NCBI RefSeq assembly: GCF_964204645.1
Contig: NC_134036.1
Location: forward strand, 7,389,434 to 7,453,433
Direction: 5' to 3'
Origin: Tubulanus polymorphus
Lineage: Eukaryota; Animalia; Nemertea
Length of the DNA stretch: 64,000 nucleotides
The translations under genes and the position numbers were made by a program. The notes under the pieces were generated by a model, which saw only the letters and a program-made list of their open reading frames with translations, had not been told where the DNA came from and searched no databases. Shown one piece after another: positions 11,001 through 21,100 of this stretch. The number at the start of each line of letters is the position of its first letter. Position 1 is the stretch's first letter.

Positions 11001-13240
11001 CGGCTCTCGTCGCAAATTGACCGAAGAAGGATCGAGCGGGGTGCGTGCTGACGGGCCGAGTCCAACTCGGGCCTTCGTCGGTATGCGTAATCCGCCGTCG
11101 GGGCGTCTGGCTTCGCCGAAGTGTACGCTGGCGTTGCCTGGCAGTTCCCGTCGGTGGAAGGTCTCTTTCGCTGGTCTGCCGAACGGCGTCTAAGATTAAG
11201 TCGTAACAATCGCGGCTTTGTCGCAAATTGATCTAGCGGTGCTCTGCGTGCTCGGACCCGCATAACAGGTGATAGTGTCTGCGTGCTGGGTTACGGTCCC
11301 CGCGTTAACGGAGTTGGTCGCCGCGTTAACGTTACTGGCCTCCGCTTAGGCGGACCGCATCTGCGTGCTGGGGTGGCGGGCCGGTGCGCGTGGTCGGTCA
11401 TCGAGAAGTGTAGATTTTTGAAAAAAATGAGGGAGTCCAGACTTAACCCTTTCGCTACGTGTGACGTTTTGGAAACGTCATATGAGTGACACTTGCTGTG
11501 CGTATGACGTTGTAGAAACGTCATGCACCTATTGATTTATAACTCGAACGCGTACACAGCAAACAGTATGGAAACGCATGTAAGACAAGATAGTAAGCTT
11601 TCTAAACAACAGATGGCGAAAATGCGTCAGTAGTTGGTGCTGTCAGCCTGTTGAGCACATGGTAATTTGCGCGGGATTGAGATGGCTCCCCACTTACGTA
11701 CCTCTACCAGCGGAAAAGGATATCCCATATCAATTGAATTTCTTTCATCCACACCGTAGCATCAAACACCAAAGACTGAGATAGGCACTTGGGTGAAAAA
11801 CTGAAAAAAAAAAATTTCTAACCCATCCTGACCCCCCCCCCCCCCCCCAACACGCCCCCCCTACAGAAAAGGCTGTTGGTATGATTTTTTACTGATTTTC
11901 ACTAAATAACATCATAATCTTCGATAAAAACGCGAAAAATCGGGGTTAAAAACAATTTGAAAAAAATCGAATTTTTCGGAAAATACCTTACGTAGGGGGC
12001 GGTGCAAGCGTGTACGCAGCGAAAGGGTTAAAGGGAAGTGTAGAGCACCGAGTATCAAGGTCTCGAACGAGAACGGTTATAGTGGATTTTGCTATATGCG
12101 TGGAGAAGGTGCCCAGGCGGTTCGGTTTCGCGTACGCGTTCCGACTGCGTCAGTCGATCGTGGCCGGTCAACGACCGGTCCGCGGCGGCCTTCCCCGTAG
12201 GATACGCTAACTGCAAGACGCCTCGCCAGGTCGCGAAGCTACCTCCGGGAGCCTCCTTCAAAACGGCGGTGGTGCGCGCGTCCGTTGTCTCGTCGAGAGA
12301 CGCGGACGGACTCGATAGGTCGGATACGGTGGTCGCTCGCGCGTTCGTCTCCGCTCCGGCGGGGTCGGACGCTCAAAGCTTTTTCTGTTGACGAGTGCTG
12401 GCGTCGTTCGTTGTCGAGCGTCGTTCGTAAACTCTACATGGTCGCGTCTCTGAGCTGGTCGCCGCCGCCGCCGCGGTGGCGTCCGGGATGTTCGATTACC
12501 TTCCACTATCCTCGATTTTCGTGCGTGTGGGGCCGCGCGTTTCTGTAGTGAGGTTTTTTGTCCGCGTTCGGGAGAGTAAGTTCGCACCGATGATGGGCGC
12601 GCCGAGCAGTGAGGGTGCAATGCAATGACTCGTGCCCTAGGAGTGTTCCTAAAAGGTCGTTCGCTGTGCACCGTCGAATGTACGCGTCCGACCTATACCC
12701 CCGTCCGACCTAGACCAAAGCTGTCCTGTGGGTCGGCCCGAACGCTATGGATCGAATTCCGAACGCCAAGTTTTCGCGTTAGGTTGAGTTATCGAGTATC
12801 GGCTATGACCATATTGTGGACTTGCGTTCGCGCTCGTACGGTACGGCGTCTAGAAATAAGTCGTAACAATCGCGGCTCTCGTCGCAAATTGACCGAAGAA
12901 GGATCGAGCGGGGTGCGTGCTGACGGGCCGAGTCCAACTCGGGCCTTCGTCGGTATGCGTAATCCGCCGTCGGGGCGTCTGGCTTCGCCGAAGTGTACGC
13001 TGGCGTTGCCTGGCAGTTCCCGTCGGTGGAAGGTCTCTTTCGCTGGTCTGCCGAACGGCGTCTAAGATTAAGTCGTAACAATCGCGGCTCTTGTCGCAAA
13101 TTGATCTAGCGGTGCTCTGCGTGCTCGGACCCGCATAAAAGGTGATAGTCTCTGCGTGCTGGGTTACGGTCCCCGCGTTAACGGAGTTGGTCGCCGCGTT
13201 AACGTTACTGGTCTCCGCTTAGGCGGACCGCATCTGCGTG
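8020..13240 (+). repeat. GC-rich ~1.28-kb tandem repeat: one diverged, internally deleted copy (~8020-8860) plus about three near-identical copies
   Basis: Near-identical 137-aa spurious ORFs at 9103, 10386 and 12258 give offsets of 1283 and 1872 (1287 + 585 bp of MITE plus TSD). The landmark gagtccagact occurs at ~8022, 8862, 10146 and 11433. Confidence 0.95.
11447..12027. mobile_element. piggyBac-superfamily non-autonomous element (MITE), 581 bp
   Basis: TTAA at 11443-11446 and 12028-12031. TIRs ccctttcgctacgt / acgcagcgaaaggg match 13/14 with CCC...GGG termini. The empty site cagac-TTAA-agggaag is present in the neighbouring repeat copy (10156-10159). No transposase ORF. Confidence 0.95.
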
Positions 13241-14112
13241 CTGGGTTACGGTCCCCACGTTAACGGAGTTGGTCGCCGCGTTAACGTTTATAGTCTCCGC
13301 CTAGGCGGACCGCATAAAAGGTAAAAGGTGATAGTCTCTGCGTGCTGGGTTACGGTCCCCGCGTTAACGGAGTTGGTCGCCGCGCTAACGTTACCGGTCT
13401 CCGCTTAGGCGGACCGCATCTGCGTGCTGGGTTACGGTCCACACGTTAACGGAGTTGGTCGCCGCGTTAACGTTTATAGTCTCCGCCTAGGCGGACCGCA
13501 TAAAAGGTAAAAGGTGATAGTCTCTGCGTGCTGGGTTACGGTCCCCGCGTTAACGGAGTTGGTCGCCGCGTTAACGTTACCGGTCTCCGCTTAGGCGGAC
13601 CGCATCTGCGTGCTGGGTTACGGTCCCCACGTTAACGGAGTTGGTCGCCGCGTTAACGTTTATAGTCTCCGCCTAGGCGGACCGCATAAAAGGTAAAAGG
13701 TGATAGTCTCTGCGTGCTGGGTTACGGTCCCCGCGTTAACGGAGTTGGTCGCCGCGTTCACGTTACCGGTCTCCGCTTAGGCGGACCGCATCTGCGTGCT
13801 GGGTTACGGTCCCAACGTTAACGGAGTTGGTCGCTGCGTTAACGTTACTGGTCTCCGCATCTGCGTGCTGGGTTACGGTCCCCACGTTAACGGAGTTGGT
13901 CGCCGCGTTAACGTTTATAGTCTCCGCCTAGGCGGACCGCATAAAAGGTGATAGTCTCTGCGTGCTGGGTTACGGTCCCCGCGTTAACGGAGTTGGTCGC
14001 CGCGTTAACGTTACCGGTCTCCGCTTAGGCGGACCGCATCTGCGTGCTGGGTTACGGTCCCCACGTTAACGGAGTTGGTCGCTGCGTTAACGTTACTGGT
14101 CTCCGCTTAGGC
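13152..14112 (+). repeat. Minisatellite, 11 units, mostly alternating 82/104 bp (186-bp dimer), derived from a segment of the 1.28-kb unit
   Basis: ctgcgtgctgggttacgg starts at 13152, 13234, 13338, 13420, 13524, 13606, 13710, 13792, 13861, 13958 and 14040. A single copy sits at 9992-10073 in the parent unit. Confidence 0.96.
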
Positions 14113-14309
14113 GAGAACGGTCTACAGAGTCTTAACAGAGTCAGTAACTTTGCAATTTTCGAGGCTTGCCTTCTTTCTGAGAGGCGTCGAGCGGGGCTTC
14201 GGCCGAAAGCGCGTCTTGACGGCGGCGCTTTCTTCCTTTTTGATGGCGTGCGTGGCTGGCTGGCTGGCTGGCGGGCGTAGAATTCTCGGCGTAGACGGGT
14301 ATCCGGTAT

Positions 14310-14706
14310 CGAGAACAATCTAACAAATTAGATAGTGTAACTGAATGCGTTTCTTTACTGAATAATTTTGATAATCTAGATCTTAAAAATTGTTTCAATT
14401 CAAAATTAAGATTTCTTTTTGATAACTATTATCTGTTCACCATTGTCACGAGTATTCTGGGTTATAATCTGGGTGATTTTCTCTCCATTCCTTTTGATAA
14501 TCTGGATTATTTGCTCGATGTTGTTTATTCATTTCTTTAACACAAGTTCTACAATGACTTTGCTTACCATCTTTCTGAGTTTTATCATTATAATATTCCG
14601 ATTATGATTATAATTATTATGATTATAATATTCAATTCACGTTATTATATTATTTCATTATAGTAAATATACTATTTGTAATATCAATAGTTTGTGATTG
14701 TTCCAT
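14310..14706 (-). pseudogene. Truncated remnant resembling the N-terminal half of phage/large-DNA-virus HNH-type endonucleases
   Basis: Manual translation gives EYYNDKTQKDGKQSHCRTCVKEMNKQHRANNPDYQKEWRENHPDY (14598 downward) and then, after stops and a frameshift, LKQFLRSRLSKLFSKETHSVTLSNLLDCS. This is a KDG-x4-CxxC plus LRSRL...LL(G)CS pattern. The nuclease core is absent. Confidence 0.5.
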
Positions 14707-14759
14707 TTATTATACATATTTTTTACTAAAATTGATTTACATGTATAGAACCCTGTTCA

Positions 14760-16787
14760 TTATTTCATTTTCTTTATCCTCTTCCCTTTTGAACTTGAAG
14801 TATATATATTAGATCGAATTCCAATGAACTCTATCATTTCTTCACCACCTAATTCATCCTTTAACTTCCTAGGAACTTTTTTATTATCATTGTTAAACAA
14901 TTCATGATTTTTAGGGTAATAACTAAAGTCGAAATGATGTTTTGATGTTTGTAAATCATCTGTTATATTATTAGTTTTTATCAATAATATGTAAGAATCT
15001 GTATCAAAATATAAGATTTCTATAATATGCTTTTCTCCAAAATGAGGTTGTAATACGTTATAGTAAAATTCATACATTAATAATTTTGATATTTCTCAAA
15101 CTGAAGCACCAACATAAATTGGTTTATTAAATTTCATAGAAGTTCTCCTCATTTTAACTGCAGCTAAATTCTCATCAAATATTCTGTTACCAATAAATTT
15201 AGGATATGTTTGTAAATTCCTAATTCTTTTACCATTACTAACTCAATATCAATTCTATTTCTGATATTTTCTCTGTTTGGTGTTTATAATCTATATATTT
15301 TTCTAACCATTTAGATTGACTAAATGAAATACTTTTTTAGAATCATTCCTTAATTCACATAGAATTTTAAAATTCTATAATCTACTACATAACTATAATA
15401 CCTTCCTGAGTTACCATTAACTTTTCTGTATGAATATGATTTTCAGGTTTAATTCTTTTTTGATAATTTGATAATCCTTTTTGTGTTACAGTTTTATGTT
15501 CGGGGCAGTAAGCTAGATTTCTAGATTTAAATTTTTTATGTTCAGGATATTCCAAGTCTACAACAAAACAGTAACCAGTAAGTGAATCATCTGCAATATC
15601 TAGAATTATTTTCTTCTAATCAAATTTATCAACATTTTCGTGCTGTAAAATTTCAGTTATTTGAAATACTCCAAAAGGCTGTGGTTCCATCATTGCCCAA
15701 CCATATAGATTATTTGCATCTATATATAGAAACTTATATCCAGGATTATCATTTACATTGAAATATGTATCACCTAATACACCTGAAATACCTCCTCTTA
15801 TACATTTTTCAAATAATGATAATTGATCTATATTTGTTAATAAATCCATTTTTATAACTGTAAATTTTAAACCACAATCCCAAGTTAAACATGGACTCGA
15901 ATAAGAATGAAATGGATCAATATTGAAATATTTTAGATTTACATCTCTATACCTTTCAAATATATCAGTAAATGATAATACATCTGATTTTAAATATAAA
16001 TCTACTAATTGTCCATGAGTTTTTATTTTGAAATGATTCCAAATATTCAATGTTCTATTATAAACTCCCTCTTTAACATATTCGGATCTTAATTCATCAT
16101 AAAATTGTTCTTTTAATAATTCAGTTATGTTAAAATCATTATGCGATTTATAAAATGAATATGGAATCGCGCCTTTATATTTCATTAATTGAAAATCATC
16201 ATTATTTGGATATTGTTGTTTTAATATTTTTAATTCATCACCAACTAATGATTTTGATAAATCATCTAATGAACTACTTAATAATGTATATGAATCTATA
16301 AATCTTAGACATCCAAATTGGAAAGATATTTAAATCTCAGATGTTTTAGCTAACATTTTAAATCTATAAGTTGGTATTTTAGCAACATCTTTTGATCTAT
16401 TTGAATTTAATCTTTCTATTTCATTATTGATTTCTTCTATTTTATAACATAGTTGCTTGATGAATAAATGAGCATCATATCCTGATAAATTATGAAATAT
16501 AACTAGAACAAAATTGATTTTCTTAGCTTGTAAATTACAATTCTCATGTGCTGCACCTCTAAATTTACCATTCAAATGATCAAGATCTCTTACTATTTTA
16601 TCAGATGAATAGAATACTTGATTACAATAATTACATTTATCTGCAAAATCAAATTCTTCTTTATCTTGTTCTGTCATTATAATTTCTATATTAGTATCTA
16701 ATAATTCATTGAATTTCATTTCATATTCAATTAATAAGTCACAAAACTGATTGATAACATTTTCATTTCTATAATCATAATATTCAC
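14760..16787 (-). pseudogene. Decayed protein-primed family B DNA polymerase of Polinton/Maverick/adintovirus type
   Basis: Ordered motifs across ORFs 16330-16821, 15616-16185, 14760-15077 and the gaps between them: FHNLSGYD (ExoII), LRFIDS..SSLD, KGAIPY, YLKSDV (ExoIII), IRGGIS, YIDANNLYGWAM (motif A, ~15691-15726), NKPIYVG, YFDTDS (motif C, ~14994-15011), NKKVP.K.KDE. There are several stops and frameshifts, the N-terminus is missing, and the DNA is very AT-rich. Confidence 0.92.
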
Positions 16788-18095
16788 TTCCCAGGCAGGG
16801 GCCGACATAGGGAGTGACCATGACCTTGTCTTAGCTTCAATGACTTTGAGGCTGAAGAATATACCGAACAGAAACAATGGCACGTACAAGTTCAACTTAG
16901 AGAGGCTACATACGCCTGAAGTAAAGGAAGCCTTCCAAATTGCTATTGGTGAAAGATTTGCCCCTTTGCTTGAACTAGAAGAGACTGCACAAGAACTCAG
17001 CGTGAAAGCAAGAACTGTTATACTAGAATCAGCAGAAGAGGTCATTGGTAGAAGGAAGAAGGTCAAACATCCTTGGATGACTCAACAACTACTTGCCAAG
17101 TGCGATACTCGCAGACTTCTCAAATCCAAGCGCTTCAATTCCCCTGAAGATGCAGAATCACATAGAAGCATCAACAAGGAGGTGAAGAAAGAAGTCAAGG
17201 ACGCCAGTGGCTTGAGGGAAGATGTACCTCAAAGTCGCTGGCGGGAGTACTGATCTGATCTGTATAACTATCCGATAACAGCAGAAGCTGCAGTTATCGA
17301 CGAACTCAAGAACCAGACAGCTGAGGAAAATGGAGATTCAGAACCAGTGATCTTGGAGGCTGAAGTCGAGGCAGCAGTCAAAAGCCTAAAAGCAGAAAAA
17401 TCCCCTGGTGTCGACAGCATCCCAGCTGAATTACTGAGAAATGGTGGTCCCACTCTGATCAAGTTGTACACAACCATTTGCAACCAAGTTATGGCAACAG
17501 GTGAATGACCAGAGGACTGGTGTAAGTCACTAGTGGTCCCCTCCAGAAGAAAGGAAGTGCCAGGAGATGCGAGAATTATAGAACTATAATAAGCCTGATA
17601 ATCCACCCGAGCAAGATCCTTCTTAAGGTGCTCCTCAATCGCCTTCAACCGCAGGCTGAAGCCATTCTGGCTGAAGAACAAGCTGTCTTTAGAAGAGGCA
17701 GGTCGACCACGGAGCAGATATTATTTAACCTGAGAATTATATGCGAGAAGTATAGAGAGCTAGGAAAGCTAGTGTTCCACAGTTTTGTCGACTACAAAAA
17801 ATGCTTTGATCGTGTGTGGCATGACGGACTGTGGGCAGTAATGAGGAAGTTCAACATCAGCAGAGGCATTGTCAATGCAATAGAATCTCTATACAAGGTC
17901 TCCAGGAGCATGGTCCAACTTGGAAGCGAACTGAGTGACTGTTTTCCAACATCCGTCGGTGTACGACAAGGTTGCTTACTGTCACCAACCGTCTGCAACA
18001 TCTTTCTTGAGAACATCATGCAAGAGGCCCTCACCGAGCACAGTTCACCAATATCTGTTGGAGGCTGAGTCGTCGACAACCTACGCTTTGCTGAT
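16788..18095 (+). mobile_element. Non-LTR retrotransposon fragment (RTE-like): APE endonuclease C-terminus, linker and N-terminal half of reverse transcriptase; pseudogenised
   Basis: FPG..ADIGSDHDLV (APE SDH motif), RWREY*SDLY, KSPGVDSIPAELL, ENYRTI, EEQAVFRRGRSTTEQI, FVDYKKCFDRV, GVRQGCLLSP, NLRFAD. Stops at 17251, 17506 and 18066, plus frameshifts. Confidence 0.93.
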
Positions 18096-18101
18096 AGTCC
18101 G

Positions 18102-21100
18102 AAGCACAATTCGGTCCGAAAACGTCGTTCAGCGCGAGAAAAGACGTTTTCTCATCAACATCTCCCCGTATCGGACAAATGAAAATGACGATCCGAAAAC
18201 GCACTCAAATCGACGGGAAAAGCACATTTCGGTCCGAAAACGTCGTTCAGCGCGAGAAAAGACGTTTTCTCATCAACTTCTCCCAGTATCGGAAAAATGA
18301 AAATGACGATCCGAAAACGCGCTCGAATCGACGGGAAAAGCACATTTCGGTCAGAAAACGTCGTTCAGCGCGAGAAAAGACGTTTTCTCATCAACTTCTC
18401 CCCGTATCGGAAAAATGAAAATGTCGACGCCCAAACGCTCTGAAATCGACGGGAAAAGCACATATCGGTCCGAAAACGTCGTACAGCGCGAGAAAAGACG
18501 TTTTCGTATCGAATATTCCCCCTATCGGAAAAACGACAATGCCGATGCGTAAAAGCGCTCAAATCGTCAGGAAAAGCACTTTTCGACGCGAAAAGGTCGT
18601 TCAGCGCGAGAAAAGACGTTTTCGTATCGAATATTCCCCCTATAGGAAAAACGACAATGCCGATGCGTAAAAGCGCTCAAATCGTCAGGAAAAGCGCTTT
18701 TCTACCCGAAAACGTCGTTCAGCGCGAGAAAAGACGTTTTCGTATCGAATATTCCCCCTATCGAAAAAACGACAATGCCGATGCGTAAAAGCGCTCAAAT
18801 CGTCAGGAAAAGCACTTTTCGACGCGAAAACGTCGTTCAGCGCGAGAAAAGACGTTTTCTCATCAACTTCTCCCCGTATCGGAAAAATGAAAATCTCGAC
18901 GCCCAAACGCTCTGAAATCGACGGGAAAAGCAAATTTCGGTCCGAAAACGTCGTTCAGCGCGAGAAAAGACGTTTTCTCATCAACTTTTCCCCGTATCGG
19001 AAAAATGAAAATCTCGACGCCCAAACGCTCTGAAATCGACGGGAAAAGCACATTTCGGTCGGAAAACGTCGTTCAGCGCGAGAAAAGATGTTTTCTCATC
19101 AACTTCTCTCCGTATCGGAAAAACGACAATGCCGATGCGTAAAAGCGCTCAAATCGTCAGGAAAAGCACTTTTCGACGCGAAAACGTCGTTCAGCGCGAG
19201 AAAAGACGTTTTCTCATCAACTTCTCCCCGTATCGGAAAAATGAAAATGACAATCCGAAAACGCGCTCAATTCGACGGGAAAAGCACATTTCGGTCCGAA
19301 AACGTCGTTCAGCGCGAGAAAAGACGTTTTCTCATCAACTTCTCCCCGTATCGGAAAAATGAAAATGTCGACGCCCAAACGCTCTGAAATCGACGGGAAA
19401 AGCACATTTCGGTCCGAAAACGTCGTTCAGCGCGAGAAAAGATGTTTTCTCATCTACTTCTCTCCGTATCGGAAAAACTACAATGCCGATGCGTAAAAGC
19501 GCTCAAATCGTCAGGAAAAGCTCTTTTCGACGCGAAAACGTCGTTCAGCGCGAGAAAAGACGTTTTCTCATCAACTTCTCCCCGTATCGGAAAAACGACA
19601 ATGCCGATGCGTAAAAGCGCTCAAATCGTCAGGAAAAGCACTTTTCGACGCGAAAACGTCGTTCAGCGCGAGAAAAGACGTTTTCTCATCAACTTCTCCC
19701 CGTATCGGAAAATCGACAATGCCGATATGTAAAAGCGCTCAAATCGTCAGAAAAAGCACTTTTCGACCCGAAAACGTCGTTCAGCGCGAGAAAAGACGTT
19801 TTCGTATCGAATATTCCCCCTATCGGAAAAACGACAATGCCGATGCGTAAAAGCGCTCAAATCGTCAGGAAAAGCACTTTTCCACCCAAAAACGTCGTTC
19901 AGTGCGAGAAAAGACGTTTTCGTATCGAATATTCCCCCTATCGGAAAAACGACGATGCCGATGCGTAAAAGCGCTCAATTCGTCAGTAAAAGCACTTTTC
20001 GACCCGAAAACGTCGTTCAGCCCGAGAAAAGACGTTTTCGTATCGAATATTCCCCCTATCGGAAAAACGACAATGCCGATGCGTAAAAGCGCTCAAATCG
20101 TCAGGAAAAGCACTTTTCGACGCTAAAACGTCGTTCAGCGCGAGAAAAGACGTTTTCTCATCAACTTCTCCCCGTATCGGAAAATCGACGATGCCGATGC
20201 GTAAAAGCGCTCAAATCGTCAGAAAAAGCACTTTTCGACCCGAAAACGTCGTTCAGCGCGAGAAAAGACGTTTTCGTATCGAATATTCCCCCTATCGGAA
20301 AAACGACAATGCCGATGCGTAAAAGCGCTCAATTCGTCAGTAAAAGCACTTTTCGACCCGAAAACGTCGTTCAGCCCGAGAAAAGACGTTTTCGTATCGA
20401 ATATTCGCCCTATCGGAAAAACGACAATGCCGATGCGTAAAAGCGCTCAAATCGTCAGGAAAAGCACTTTTCGACGCTAAAACGTCGTTCAGCGCGAGAA
20501 AAGACGTTTTCTCATCAACTTCTCCCCGTATCGGAAAATCGACAATGCCGATGCGTAAAAGCGCTCAAATCGACGGGAAAAGCACATTTCGGTCCGAAAA
20601 CGTCGTTCAGCGCGAGAAAAGACGTTTTCTCATCAACTTCTCCCCGTATCGGAAAAATGAAAATGTCGACGCCCAAACGCTCTGAAATCGACGGGAAAAG
20701 CACATTTCGGTCCGAAAACGTCGTTCAGCGCGAGAAAAGATGTTTTCTCATCAACTTCTCTCCGTATCGGAAAAACGACAATGCCGATGCGTAAAAGCGC
20801 TCAAATCGTCAGGAAAAGCACTTTTCGACGCTAAAACGTCGTTCAGCGCGAGAAAAGACGTTTTCGTATCGAATATTCCCCGAATCGGAAAAACGACAAT
20901 GCCGATGCGTAAAAGCGCTCAATTCGTCAGTAAAAGCACTTTTTGACCCGAAAACGTCGTTCAGCCCGAGAAAAGACGTTTTCGTATCGAATATTCCCCC
21001 TATCGGAAAAACGACAATGCCGATGCGTAAAAGCGCTCAAATCGTCAGGAAAAGCACTTTTCGACGCGAAAACGTCGTTCAGCGCGAGAAAAGACGTTTT

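Noticed and set aside
7651-13099. 100-150-aa Arg/Pro-rich ORFs in the 1.28-kb repeat
   Set aside because: They overlap on both strands as expected for GC-rich DNA, contain no domains, and are frameshifted between copies.
14760-18095. A functional RT + DNA polymerase system
   Set aside because: Both genes are truncated with multiple stops, have very different base composition, and belong to well-known unrelated element classes.
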